Shown here: positions 33,074-50,820 of the stretch, in pieces
Position numbering within the stretch: the first letter of the stretch is position 1
Layout: every line of letters begins with the position of its first letter
Origin: the human T2T-CHM13v2.0 reference genome, Homo sapiens
Length of the DNA: 64,000 nucleotides
Assembly (NCBI RefSeq): GCF_009914755.1
Contig: NC_060932.1
Strand: one strand, 5' to 3'
Program-made: the position numbers and the translations under genes
Notes under the pieces: model-generated
What the model was told of the DNA's origin: nothing
The model's input: only the letters and a program-made list of their open reading frames with translations
Database searches by the model: none

Positions 33074-33994
33074 TTTCATTCTTACATTTAATTCAATTAA
33101 CCGTAATTGAATTGTGATTCTGCTGTGCAACTGGAGTAACCAGCAACCAGTAATATCTTGATTTCAAATTGCGTGGGAGACTTGGTGTCCCTGAACCAAA
33201 TGATTGGATTTGGAGCTAGAGAATGCAGAAACAAGTTGTGATATAGTTTTGAAGTGAGAGTTGTGTGGGGAGAGATGATGTTTCTAGTCTAAGATTTAAT
33301 ATATAAAAGTACAAAATGTGTGTCTTTAAAAACCAATACTGTGATAGATTTATAGCTAAAATAGCTCTGCTTTCTTTGGAAAAAACCTATACAACTTGAA
33401 ATTTAAAGTCATAATCCTAGAATGTCTTTTTAGGTTTGTTCAACTAAATCAAAGCAACTTTTAAAAGTTTATTTCCTTAAACTTTGAAATGCAATATATT
33501 TTGGCCAGGTGACTTGAAATAGAAAACAGATAAAGATGACTTACTGGTTAGTGAAACACTAGTCTGAAACAGACAGCTTACTTTTTTTCCCCCTCATTTC
33601 CCCCAGACCAGCTGTTTATGTTTAACCTTCATTTACTACTTCAAGAGCCATATTTACACTTCTCCAGCAACACTTTATCCATATGTTCCTTGGCCTTATA
33701 CATTATATAAGGCTGTTTTAGGGCAACTTCCTAATCATCTCATTTAAGAAAATGTCACACTCACCTCAAATAACCTTATAGAAGATGTCAGATGATATCC
33801 CTGCTAAAATAACCCCATAGAAGATGTCATCTGATATTACTTATAGGTTTCCTTTCATTTTTACCAGTAATAGTCTTGGCCAGGTTTTTCTTCCTACTTG
33901 GACAGCTAGGATGTTTTCTTTTTTCAATTGATAGAAAAAAATTCTTCTAAAAATATCTCATAATTCACTGTAATCAGATAATGAATTTAGCTTT

Positions 33995-36696
33995 TGTCTT
34001 AGTCCATTTTCTGTTTTTATAACATAATACCATAGGCTGAGTAATTTACAAGGAAAAGAAATTTATTTATTATAGCTCTTGAGGCTAGGAAGTCCAAGGC
34101 CGAGCGGCTCACATCTGGTGAGGGCCTTTGTGCTGCATCATCCGATGATGGAAGGTGGAAAGGCAAGAGAGTGTGAGAGTGCAAAAGAGAACTGATCCCC
34201 AAAGCCTTCCTTTTAAAAGGCATTAAATCCACGCATGAGGGTAGAGCCTTTGTGGCTTAATCACTTCTTACAGGCCCCACCACTCAATGCTATTATATTG
34301 CCAATTAAATTTCAACAGGAGTTTTGGAGGAGATAAACATTCAAATCATAGCAGTTCACCCTTAGCACCTCAAAACTCATTCCTTCTCGTATGCAAAGTA
34401 CATTCATTCTATCCCAGTACCCCCCAAAGTCCTAACTTGTTGCAGCATCAACTCAGAGCCCCAAGTTTGCATGTAAATGAGATATAGGTGAAAGTCAAGC
34501 CATGATTCATCCCGAGGTACATTCTCTTCACCCATGAACCTGTGAAATCAAAACAGGTTATCTAATTCCAAAATACAAGGTGGAACAGGCAGCGTATAGA
34601 CATACCCATTCCAAAATGGAAGAATAGCAAGAAGGAAGGGATAACTGGTCTCAAGAAAGTCCAAAACCCAATAGGGAAAACGGCATTGAATCTTAAACTG
34701 GAGAATAATCTTGCTTGACTCTATGTCCTGTATCCTGGATACACTAGGGTGGGTATTGGGCCCTCAAGACCTCAGGCAGCATTATCCTGACGGCTTTGCT
34801 GGGCTTAGACACCCAGCAGCTCTTACAGACTTGAGTCTTACGCCTCCAGCTTTCCCAGGCTAGAGGTGGACCTACAGTTGTGAGGTCTTGAGGACTGCTA
34901 CACTCCCATGGCTCTAGTAAGCATTGCCCTAGTGGATACTCTCCAGCAGCTCTGCCTCTGCTACAAGTTTCTGCCTGGGCTCCCAGGCTGTCTGCTACAT
35001 CCTTTGAAGTCTAGGTGGAGGTAGCCATGTCCCCACAGCTGTTGCATTCTGCTAGCCTGCAGACATAACACCCCATGGATGCTGCCAAGGCTTACAACTT
35101 GCACCTACTGGAGTGGTGGCCAGAGCCCCACTGGGCCTGCTTGAGCCACAGCTGGGGTGGCCAAAGAGCACTGTGCTGGATTGCGGGGAGCAGAGTCCCT
35201 AGCTGCCCTGGGGCATTGAGCCCTGGGCCCATCCCCCAAGCTATTCTGATCTCCTAGAGATCTAGGCCTGTGAATGGAGGGGCAGCCTTAAGGATCTTTG
35301 AAGTGCCTTTGGGGGTCTCTCCTACCATTCTTGATGAATAGCACCTAGTTTTCTTCTATCCATACTAATCTCTTTAGCAAACAATCCTTGGCCACACCTT
35401 TAGTATTCTCTCCCAAACACACTTTTTAATTTTTATTTTATTTTATTTCATTTTATTATTATCTTTTTGAGACAGAGTCTTGCTCTGTCACTCAGGATGG
35501 AGTGCAGTGGTGTGATCTCGGCTCACTGCAGCCTCTGCCTCCCAGTTTCAAGCAATTCTTGAGCCTCAACCTCCTGAGTAGGTGGCATCACAGGCGCATG
35601 CCTCACGCCTGGCTAATTTTTGTGTTTTTAGTAGAGACGGGGTTTCACCATGTTGGCCAGGCTGGTCTTGAACTCCTGACCTGAAGTGATCCACCCGCCT
35701 CAGCCTCCCAAAGTGCTGGGATTACAGGCATGAGCCACTGTGCCTGTAAAAACACACTTTTTTATTCTTAACATGGCCAAGCTGTGAGCTTTCCAAATCT
35801 TTCACTCAGTTTCTCTTTTAGTTACAAATTCCATCTTTAAATCATTTCTTTCCTCTCACATCTTACTCTATGTGGTTAAAAGTAGCCATGCAGAAGACTG
35901 ACTGCTTTGCTGCTTAGATATTTCTTTTACTAGATATCCTAGTTCATTTCTTTTAAATAAGGCCTTTCATAAAGCTCTTGGGCATGGACACAATTCAGCC
36001 AAGTTCTTTGTAACTGTATAACAAGGATGGCCTTTACTTGGGTTTCCAATACCTTGTTCCTCATTTCCATCTGGGACCTCATCAGAATGGGCTTTACTGT
36101 CCATATTTCTACCAGCATTCTGATCATGACCACTTGAGTAATCTCTAAGTGTTTCAGACTTTCCCTATAGCTCTTCTCTTCTTCTTAGTCCTTACCAGAA
36201 TTACCCTTAATGCTTCATTCATGACAATCTAGCCATTTTCCACCCTGTTCCTTTAAATTCTTCCAGCCTCTACCTGTTACTGAGTTCCAAAGCCACTTTC
36301 ACATTTTCAGGTATTTGTTTTAGTAACAGTCTCGCTTCTTGGTACCAGTTTTCTATCTTAATCTGTTTTGTGTTGCTGCAACAGAATGCCACAGGCTGGA
36401 TATAAAAAGAAATTTATTTCTCATAGCTCTGGAGGCTGGGAAGTCCAAGGTCAAGGGGCTCACATGTGAGAGTCTTCATGTCATGCCATCCCATGATGGA
36501 AGTGGAAGGGCAAGAGAGTGTGAGACAGCAAAGGAGACCTCCCTCTGAAAGCCTTAAAAAAAAAAGTATTAAACTCCTCCATGAGGGCAGAACTCATATG
36601 GCTTAATCACCTCTTAATGGCCGCACCACCCGATACCTTTACAATGGCAATTAAATTTCAGTAGTTCTGGAAGGGATAAACATTCAAATGACAGCA
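33995..36696 (-). mobile_element. Full MaLR retroelement (MST family): LTR 33995-34353, internal region, LTR 36354-36696
   Basis: Two homologous ~350-bp LTRs in direct orientation, MST-int start GAAAACTGGTACC next to the 5' LTR, 5-bp TSD GCTTT/GCTTC. Confidence 0.88.
35427..35746 (-). mobile_element. Alu (AluS-type) inserted in the MST internal region
   Basis: Reverse Alu flanked by AAACACACTTTTT duplication. Confidence 0.93.
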
Positions 36697-37127
36697 GCTT
36701 CCTAAAGAGGATTATAATGAAAAGATACTTTTTCTTTGTTATAATTAATTGTCTTAAATAAAACAAATGATTATTATTACTTGGTTCATAAATCCATACT
36801 AGAATGTTACTGCTTTAAGCCTATGTAGAGAATACTATAGGAAACAACAGAATAGACTTTACTTTTTGTCTGATATCTTGCTTATTACTGCTGCTTCTTT
36901 ATGTTCCAGAAACTTAAAGAACTGACAAGTAAGGCTTAGGAAGTGTTTTTATGGACAAATCATGTGATTATATTGACTTATTTGGCTGCTTAAAGGTAGT
37001 TATATATATTGGGAAAAAAGTCAGGTCACGGAATTTTCAAATTGCTTTGTCTAGGTTGCTTACTGGTAGTTAGTGGTTAATTCAGTGAAGCTGGAGTTAA
37101 TATTCTTTTATTTAAAATCCATTACAG

Positions 37128-37268
37128 CACCAGCATGGTGGCAAGTGCCTATAATCCCAGCTACTCGGGAGGCTGAGGTGGGAGAATTGTTTGAGTCTAG
37201 CAGTTCAAGTCCTGGACAACATAGTAAGATCTTTTCTCTACATAACTTTTTAAAAATAAATAAATAAA
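37128..37268 (+). mobile_element. Alu monomer (FLAM/FAM-like)
   Basis: Single arm with (TAAA)n tail. Confidence 0.7.
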
Positions 37269-40200
37269 ACCTATTATAAGGTACTGATTATCAAATTGAC
37301 CTTTAGTCATTCAATATCGCCAGGTTCAAGGTTTTCATTTATAAAATAGGCATAATCATATTTATCACCTTTGAGGAATATTTAACATTTCAATAGAAGA
37401 GATGCCAGATAAGTTCTATTATAAAAATACATTTAATACATTACAACCAATTATTAGATCACTTGTATCTTTAAAGTTGCTCAGTGGTTTACAAATGATA
37501 TATGGTCTGAATGAATGTGTCTTATTATTCTCTGCTTTGCTCTTGGCTCAAAAAGATACTAAATTTTACCAGAATCTACCACTCCTTTCAAAGTAGACCC
37601 AACCGACCAAAAAACCCAAGTTGAACTGAAATTTCATTTTGTCAAAAACAATTTCCTCTTTGCACAGAGTTAGATTGTCTCATCTAGGTTAGTTCCGTAG
37701 TGCTAATTCTCCATGGTCTTATGGCCCTTCATTTTTAAGCCTGTGGAGTCATCCCTCTGAGTGTCCATTTCTGGAATCAATGTGAATAAAACTGTGCCTG
37801 AAACTATCCAAAGCAAAAGTTATAGGAATTTTCAATGTAACCTTTTATTACTAATAGAATTCTCTTACCAAATTACACACTACTTCCTTTCCAGACTATA
37901 AATCATTATGCCAGCTTTGACAGTTGTGAGATATTGACAGCTTCTGACTGTTAAACTAAATCACACTTTTCACATTTAACTTACTACTCTTAATTCTGAC
38001 AACCTTATTGCCTGAGTTACTGATTTTGGCACTTAATCAGAGACTTCCATTTTAATATTTGTTTTATGCTTTGTTCCTCTTGAGACTGTAAAGCCCCTGA
38101 GGTCACGTTCTATGTATTATACATTTTTTTTTTTTTTAAAGCCTCACAACTCCTGAGTGTAGTTTTGGCATGGCATGTGGTACTCACTCAGTGAAGAATT
38201 CTTCAAACATCAACTTTTTTTTTTTTTTTTAGTATTCTGTAAGGCAAAGAGATATGAAGAATTAAAATACGTAATCTCTGCCTCTGTGATAGATGCAGTT
38301 TAGCCAGGAGAAAAGCAGTCATACTAAGATCCACATCATTTATTAGATCCAGAACCCCTTTATGCATAATTCTGAAGTCCAAAAATTTCTGAAAATTTAT
38401 TTACTTATTTATTTTTGATAAAGTATTTGGCAGTAAAATCTAACCCGAGATTAAGTCATTTGGTAGAGAAACCTGAACTGGTGTGACTGAACTGGTGTGA
38501 CGCTATAGTCTTCATTTATTCTACTTAAGAAGAATATTCATATGTTTCACTGCAGAAATATTAATGTTTTTGATTATAATGTTATGTTTTACATAATATA
38601 TGTGCTATATTACCTTTCAAAATGTGAAAATTTCCAAATTCCAAAATACATCAGACCTCATGACTTTTGGGAATCTCTTAATGTACAAAAAGTTAAATGA
38701 TAAAATATTTAAATATCAAATAATATAGTAATAGAAATATTTAAAATCAGTATTTGGAAAATTGCCAGTACTTAGGTGATAGTGTCTCTGTGGGGTGTCC
38801 CTGCAAATAGGCAGGTACTCAGCCCTAGATCCCAGGCCAGAGGCAGGTGAAATGGGAGTATTTTCTGACGTGTCCAGGCATAAGAGCCAGAATATCTGTA
38901 CAAACCAAGTTCTTTAGGGAACACTAACAGTCAAAACAGGGAAACTGAGTTTAGTCATCAAGGGGTTAAGAGATGGCCCAAGAAAGGAACCAAAGAGACA
39001 CTGGAAAAGAGAGGAATTAAGGGTAAGAGTCCCAGACAGTTGCCTCAAATGAGGATCATAGATCTATCTGCAACCTATGGATATCAGTGGATAGCTGTGA
39101 TGTGCAGCATAGACAATTGAACTGGTATAGACAATTGGTGCTAGGATCTTAGATCTGGAAGGGGCCTTTAAATTAAAGATCATTTACCCCTGCACCCCCT
39201 CCCTGTTTTACAAATGAGTAACATAAAGTTCAATAATTATTTTTCCAACATCTAGTTAGTGATTAAGCTACACACAAACCCAGGTTTCATGTTACCTATC
39301 TGGTGCTTTTTCTACTGCTATAGAGAGAAAGTATTGCAGTTTCGAGTGGTCAGGAATTATTTTTCAGAAAATAATGAGACTTGATGATGATAGTAATTTG
39401 CAAAAACTTAATTCTGCATAAATCTCTAAATGTATTTTTGTGTATATTTTCCTGTTTTTAAGTACTTTGATGAATACCACTGGGAATTGTAAGACCTGGG
39501 TTCTAGTTCTAGCCCTGCACAGATTATCTAAACAGCCTTGTGAACCTCTCTGAGATTCAGTTTTCATCTTTAAAGAAGGTAGGATCAGGTGACCTTTAAA
39601 CTCTCTTATTCTGTCATTTAGATCTGTTTCTGTGTTTGCTAAGACAAAATAATTTCCATTAACAATCACTCATTTTAATTAAGGATGACAAAGGCATAGG
39701 TAATATATTCAGATATCTCTGCATAGATATATTCCTTGGAAAATCTAAATCTGTATCTGGAATATAGACTCAGATATTTTGGTGAAATGAAAATACAAAA
39801 TAAATTAATACCAACAGTGCATTCAACAGTAATCAGTTAACATTCACTGTGTGTATGCAAAGCACCGAATAAGGTATGTTCTTTTGCTTTCAAGTTGTTT
39901 AGGATTTAATTAAGAGTTTACTTTAAATAGTTAAAAAACTAAGTAAACACAACAAGCTCTATGGAACTCAGATTATGTTCAGCTGGAATGAATCAGCCTC
40001 TAAAAGTGCGGTATGACTGGCTATTCAACCTTTTGTTGGAACTGTTGAAATTACTTAGCATTTCATAATGTAAATATTTTGATACCATGCCCTCCTTGAT
40101 TAACATGAAGTGGTTTGCCATCATTGAAAAAAACTTGTAACCCTTACAGATTAATGCAAGAGTATAATGTTTCTAATTTATTATCATCAAGGATATTATA

Positions 40201-40927
40201 ACTGTATCCCCAATCTCTTTCGTCAGAGTCTCAAGCATGTTAGGGGAGTATCATATTCATTTCACTTTATGTTGTATTAACTAATGGTAAAAATATTTGG
40301 TTGGAACTGCATAGCATTGTGATTGACTGGTGAACATTTTAATAAAGGAGATCTAAATAAAGATAACATTTTTCAAAAGAAAGACATTGCTGGTGCTTGA
40401 CTACCTGTTCTGTAAGATGTTTATTCAGTCTTGACAGTTAATTTAGATTAAAAAATTTGAAGTTACCAGTTTGTGATAATCTTTACAGAATGAACCTTTT
40501 TGTGAAAATTTCTTGTTGGTGCTTTCCTAAACAAGGGTTTTTTCAAACTTTTGCCTGCAACCCACAGTATGAAAGAAATTTTGCATTGTGACCCAGTACA
40601 CATACAGGTAACTGAAACAAAACTTCTGTGAAGTAGTACTTACCTTACTGTGTGTGATACACAAGAATTTTTAAATGCTGTTCTGATTTATTTTATTCTT
40701 TTAAAATTGTTATGTCAGAAACCCACTAAATTGATTTATAACTCCCTGAAGGGACATAATCTGCAGTTTGAAAAGCTTTAGCTAAACTCTGTTTTGAAGA
40801 TACTTACTATGTATTATTTACTTTTTATTCTCCATTGCCTAAGTCTGTGCTCAGCACATAAATGGTATTCAAATAATGTTTGTTGAGTGTTTTAATTGTA
40901 CTTGATCTAGTTTCAGAAATGTTACTG

Positions 40928-41226
<299 letters not shown>

Positions 41227-43873
41227 AGAAAGAAAGAAGAGAATAAGGAAAAAAACAGTTATCTATGCAGGCTGTGTGAAGCTATTGAAAGAGAGTAGAA
41301 GAAAATTATTGTAATTAGAAGATGAACATGAAACATTTATGAAAGTCACCATACATTTTATAAAAACACAGTAACAATGTGTTGGTTCTGTGTAAGAAGT
41401 TATAGAATTAAGTGCTAAATTGTATCTTTTTCAGAGGCCACTATTTAAAAGTCAGAATGAATGTTGGCTTTACAGGATGAATTTATTCCTGTAATTTATC
41501 TTGAAGCTATTATCTCAGAACCATATAGTGTCTTTCACCTAACTGCTTTTATATGTACATAAGTGTATGTGTGTAAAGTTGCATTTTGATTAAGTGTTAT
41601 TTTTTTCTAAGAAATATCTTGTAAGCTTTAACTTATTTTTTATTACCATTCTTTGAACAGTACTCCAAGCCAAATACTATTTGTATATAAATTATATTTT
41701 TTCTTTTTTGATTTTTTAAGAGTACAAAGTTTCCCCCACTCTGCATAGTAATATTTTCTTGATATAACTTAAGTATGGTAATGAATTTAAACTTTTTCAT
41801 CTATACCTATTGATAGTTTCTTTGTGGAGATTTTGATAAATATTTTGCCACCTTATAAATTCAACTGAAATAAAATTCTATGATAACAAATTCTATCAGA
41901 ACAAAAATTTCTGCAAAGATTGCCAGTTACTCTCCAGCTGGTGACCTTTTTCTTTGTAGCAGTAATTTGTATAATAGGGTTTTGTTTAGCCAAAGAATTA
42001 GGTTAATTCAAAAACATTTTCTGGGACTTGATTAATTTAAATAAACAAAAGATACATAATTTATTGGTAGCAGAGTTGATCAGGGTTAAATTATTTCAGG
42101 TAATTTTCACAACTGTTACTTTGTACTTAATGATATACTACTTATTATTCTAAAAATTAATGTTTTCTTCTCAGCCAGATACTAAGTTCTCCAATGGACT
42201 CCTCTTTTCCTTCTTTTCTGTTTCCACTTTTTTCCTTTCTTTTTCCCCATTTTTCTCTATTTCTTTTGTATCCACAAATACTTCTGTGCTCTATATAATA
42301 TTGAAACTCATTGAATGCTTGCTGATTAATCTTGAATGATTTCCTCGAAAATTTAGTCTCACTAAGGCTCTCTGATTTTAATAATATCTAGTGTATAATG
42401 AATCAGGGTTTTAAGTTAGAAAACAAACTCTAATTTTGTTTCTTTTCATTAATTAACTCAGTGATTTTAACCTCTCTGAACATTTTATTGTCTGTAATTT
42501 ACATAGGGCTAATATTTGCTTTTGCTATGGTCTATTTCATAGCATAATGTGAAGATAATACGAGATAATTATAAGAATGTTATTTTAAAATTTAAAAGTA
42601 TTTGATACGCATAAATGGTTAGTGAGGCCCTTCATGCATGGTTATGGTGATTAAATGAGATGATGTATATATATAAAATGCCCAGCACAGTGCTTGACAC
42701 AGAGTGAACACTTAATAATGGTGGTTGCTGATAATATTATTTAACTTGAATATGGATTTATAAATTTCAGTCATTTTATATTTCACATTTTTTGCTTAAT
42801 AGTCTAAAAAATATTACTTTTTTATAAATCTATTTTTTATGTTTCTTATTTTCTGTGGCTCTCTTAAATAGAAAGATCTTTCTCTCCAAATCTGGTCCAT
42901 TGTTTTGTTTCTTATACCTATTTTCCATTTTATAAATTTTTGTATATAAAATTGTTAAAATTCATAATTGGATAATTAAAAATTTAAAAAATTCACAGTA
43001 ATTCTTTGACAGTTATTTCTGTGGTATTGAAAAATTTGAGTTCCCTATTCTGAATTCTGATAATTTGGATTATTCAATATTTAATCATGTAATAAGAGGA
43101 CATTTAATTATCTGAGTAATAGCAGTTCCTTTGAATTATACAATTTTCTCTGATTATATTTTATCCTATATCAGATAATAAAATTATGTTGCATTTAAAA
43201 AAATTAGCAACAGATACTTCACCCAGAAGGGGAAATTTCAGCCAGTTGAAGATAAAAAGTATAAAGACAATTTAAATTTAACAATTTAAGACCTATATAG
43301 GTAATTATATTTTACTTATTTATAATATTTCTATGGCTTTCTTCATATTGTTGTCCTCAAACTATTTGTATTTTTGTTTTTCTGCTAAAACAGTGATTCC
43401 ATTATAGTAATTGGAGACTTCTTACTTTAAACATTGATAATTCAAGCCCTTGCAATTCAAAATTATATAAATGGATTATTGTTCAAATAGTTTAATTATT
43501 TCTAAAGAAGAAAAAAAGTGTTCATGTGTGTGTGTTTGTGTGATTTAATTAAATTACTATTCTTTTTTTCCTTCCGGGAACCTTTCCCAAAATGTTAGCA
43601 GAGGGACAGAGAAACATTGGCAACTTTTGTTTCACTTGGTGAAGGAGTCAGGAACTGTTTATGTGCAATAATCCAACATCAGCTTAAGTTTTTTGGCTGT
43701 CTTTTCACATGAGCAAGAAAAGGTTTTGCTTCCAATTCCTGCACATTATTTTTTTTAATTGTTTAGTTGGATTTCCCATTCAGCACCACTTTATTTTCAT
43801 TCTTTTGGTTTTTCATCTGTTCATTTTGAAAGGCTAAGTAATTAAAACAGGTTTGAAAACGTTTGTGTGTATG

Positions 43874-43876
<3 letters not shown>

Positions 43877-43912
<36 letters not shown>
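43877..43912 (+). repeat. (TG)n microsatellite
   Basis: About 18 perfect TG units. Confidence 0.95.
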
Positions 43913-43914
<2 letters not shown>

Positions 43915-45249
43915 TGCTTTGTTGGAGCATCTACAAAAGTAATGAAAATGCTTGTCCAAATCCTCAAGATGCAGATGTTGTTATGAATGTTCTGAAGGCA
44001 GGAAACCATGCAATCCTATTTTAAGAAATTCTTAAAATCTGATTTTTAAGTCAAGTAAGTTTCCTCCCTACTCTTTAAAGTACCTGACTGGCAGAATTTT
44101 TATGGCACCCATTTACAGAAAACAAAACAAAACAAGCCTTCCAACTGATGTTTGAATACCACAGCTTTTGGAGACGGAGATCTAGGGCTTAATTTTGAGT
44201 TAGCTTACATTTTAATCTACCTGATTGCTGACTTCTTAAAATTGTGTTAATTTTTCATCTGTTTTTCTATTTCCTTCAGTATAATTACATCGTCTTCTTA
44301 ACCAAGAGAATGTCTGTTCTTCTCCTCAGCACTGTATCATTAATGAAGATCTTTAACTGTGTTTCCAAACTCGCTACAGGTTAGTACTTGACTTTTGGTT
44401 TGCACAGATTCATAATCAGGATTTTGCTGACTATATTATCAGTCCTTTATTTACTTTTTGTGTCATAAGTTATTTCCTAAAATTACTGTATTTTGTTTTC
44501 CTAATTCTGTTCTCTAGTTACTTTATCTTTCATACAGGTTCTAATAAAAATCAACCAATTAATCATAGCAAACCCCAAAAACCCTTCCTGCCTTCCTGAA
44601 AATCTTGACTCTTCATATTTAGTTACCTTTTTATTTTATTTCTTGATTATTACCTTCAAAAATGACTTGAAGTCTGGTAGTTTCTGCCTCTAGAAATTTT
44701 GCTTATCAGTTCTTTTTTTCAAAAAACCGTTGTTATAGAGGTGGTAAATATCCAAAATGAGATGAAGACTTGAAATTATCCAATAAATCAGAACTGCCTT
44801 GGCATCCAAACCAGGTAATACAGATAAAAATAAAATTCACTTTGGGACAACAGCTACTTGGTTGGTATTATCTTAGATTGTCTTCCAAGATAGTCCTCTT
44901 TTAGATTTTTGGTATGTGTATGAACAATTGATTCCAGTTTTCCCTTCTCTGTAGAAGCTTTGCAGCATAAATTAATGTTGGCCTCATTGATGTTGGAGAA
45001 AGGAATTCCAAACCCTTTGTTGAAGAGGCTGTGGGCATTCTGAACTAGGCATCCCAGGAATGGTGTCTGACAAAGGGTTAAGTGGAGAAGGATGGTTTAT
45101 AGTTTTGTTGTTACACTTCTTTGATCTTTGAATTCCTTCAGTGATTTTGTTTTCCTAAGGACAGAACATAGCAACAGACTTTCTTCCGTGTTATTGTGGA
45201 TCTCCTTAGACCACTGTTATTTCTTCATAGTATTTCACTGTGAAGTACT

Positions 45250-46550
<1,301 letters not shown>

Positions 46551-46611
46551 TTATAGGTTTCTCATAGTTTTATTGACAGAAGGCAACTGATCCAGTAACC
46601 TAAACTTTTAA

Positions 46612-47022
<411 letters not shown>

Positions 47023-47615
47023 TGACTTGGACAGTTTTTGGCATGACTAATAAACTCTCAGATCATTTTAGAAATGATAAACTCTGTGTAGCAGGTGTGT
47101 TTCCCAGTGTATGCTGACAACAGAAAGAAATATATAGCTAACTGATTCCACCTCCAGAACAACCTCAGTCTATAGCCATTCTCCAAAAGCCTTTGGCAGG
47201 AGATATATTGGAATGATCTGACTGTCTGCATTCTTGGATGGATGACAACAGAACAAGTTACTTTTCACCCAGCCAGTTTTCTACAGTTCATGAAGCTTAA
47301 TCTCTCAAAACACTTTTAAAAGACAACAGAATTTTAAACACATTTAATAAAGCATATTTTGTTATTTGTATATATTCATGGAGTACAAGTGAAATTTTGC
47401 TGCATTGGTATATTGTGTTGTGGGAAATCAGGGCCTTCAGTGCATGCACCATTGGAGCAATGCACAGTGTACCCACCAAACAATAAGGACACATATTAAT
47501 GTTAATCTCTATTTCTACCCATTCCCATAGAACTTGGACTCAGTCCCCATATATTTCTGGGAGAAGAACTTCCCTAGAATTCATGGGAAGTTAGCATTTT
47601 AAAACAGTGATGAGA

Positions 47616-48619
<1,004 letters not shown>

Positions 48620-48911
48620 AAAACAGTGATAAGATTCATACACATTTTGAAGGGTACATATGTACTTGTCAATTTATTTATAAGAAGGGTGCAAGAAATG
48701 TTATGCATATAGTTTATGTGAGTTGCATTTTTGCTAAATTGTTCAATTAACACTATTTTTTTCAGTTGCTTCATTAGGAGCATATTAAAACCACCTTGTC
48801 ACTTTATTATAAAAGATATAAATGATTAGTTTTTTAGATATAGTTAAAATTTATTTATGACTGGCAGATAATTATATTGATTATTATCAGATACTATATT
48901 TAATTCATCTA

Positions 48912-49100
48912 GACTAGTGCTGCACAATAAAACTTTCTATGCTGACAGGGTAGCTAATAGCTATATATGGCTATTGAGCATTTGAATGTGGCTTTGTGAC
49001 TGAGGAACCAAATTTATAATTTTATTCCATTTTAATTAATTACAATTTAAATCTAAATAGCCACATGTGGCAAGTGACTGCCATGTTGGACAGTGCAGAT
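48912..49100. mobile_element. MER3/MER33-like hAT DNA transposon remnant
   Basis: Termini ctagtgctgcacaat ... gttggacagtgcag with internal aaatagccacatgtggc. Confidence 0.65.
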
Positions 49101-49196
49101 CAAGGCTATACAATATTATCAATAAAGTTTTTAAAAAACTGTTAAATAAGGCACGTGGCATAAGAAAAGTACTATCCATAATCAGCTTATCCATAA

Positions 49197-49849
<653 letters not shown>

Positions 49850-50403
49850 GGGAGATGCAAATTTTTTATGAAAAATATCTTCATGGCCTGAAAAACTCAA
49901 TGTATTTGATATTTTTAAAATAACTGAATATCTTAAAAGGATACTATCATTGTTCTCAACAGATCTATAATGTCAGTATAGAAAAGATAATAAATGATGC
50001 TAGTTGTATATTAAGAATTTTAATGTAAACCCACTGACATCTTTTGTAAGAGTCTTTCATTATTTTTGCTGAGAATCTCTAAGACCTGACTAACATTTTT
50101 GGAAACTGAGAGCCAGAAATTGTACATATTACATAATCAACATCTAAGAATTTCACCAGTATAAGGATGTAATCAAACAATTTTTTTCAATTAAAGTCTG
50201 TGCATTGGGGTTAAGGGTGGAGGGAATTACCAAAGGAAGGAAGTTAAAGGGGAAGGATAAAGGAATAAGTGAGGTAAATATAGCTAAGTTGATTTAGGAA
50301 AGCTGAAATTAACTAGAATATATGCAGAGATTTTTAACTAGACTGTTGTGATCCACAATTACTTCAGAGCTTTGGGAATACGGATATTAAAAAAGTGAAA
50401 AAG

Positions 50404-50690
50404 GGCTGGATGCTGTGGCTCATGCCTTTAATCCCTGCACTTTTGGAGGCCCAGGCGGTCGTATCGCTTGAGGCCAGGAGTTCGAGACCAGCCTGGCCAA
50501 AATGGTGAAAGCCTGTCTCTACTAAAAATACAAAAATTAGCCAGGCATGGTGGCGGGTGCCTGTAATCTCATCTACTCTATAGGCTGAGACACAAGAATC
50601 GCTTGAACCCAGGAGGTGGAGGTTACAGTGAGTTGAGATTGCACCACTGCACTCCAGCCTGGGAGACAAAGAGAGACTCTGTCTCAAAAT
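50404..50690 (+). mobile_element. Alu (AluS-type)
   Basis: Full Alu whose tail is replaced by a pentanucleotide repeat. Confidence 0.92.
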
Positions 50691-50820
50691 AGAGTAGAGT
50701 AGAGTAGAGTAGAGTAGAGTAGAGTAGAGTAGAGTAGAGTAGAGTAGAGTAGAGTAGAGTAGAGTAGAATAGAGTAAACTAGACTAGACTAGACTAGACT
50801 AGACCAGGAGAGGAGAAGAC
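50691..50820 (+). repeat. Compound pentanucleotide repeat (AGAGT)15...(AGACT)4
   Basis: 15 perfect AGAGT units 50691-50765, then AGAAT, AGAGT, AAACT, 4x AGACT, AGACC, AGGAG units. Confidence 0.97.

Noticed and set aside
44860-45090. Minus-strand open frame behind a plausible acceptor (cttaaccctttgtcag)
   Set aside because: No recognisable protein and no matching donor identified; a lncRNA exon cannot be supported from sequence alone.
50691-50820. Repeat arrays and short duplications as CRISPR-like or prokaryotic systems
   Set aside because: No repeat-spacer architecture or cas genes; the DNA is mammalian.
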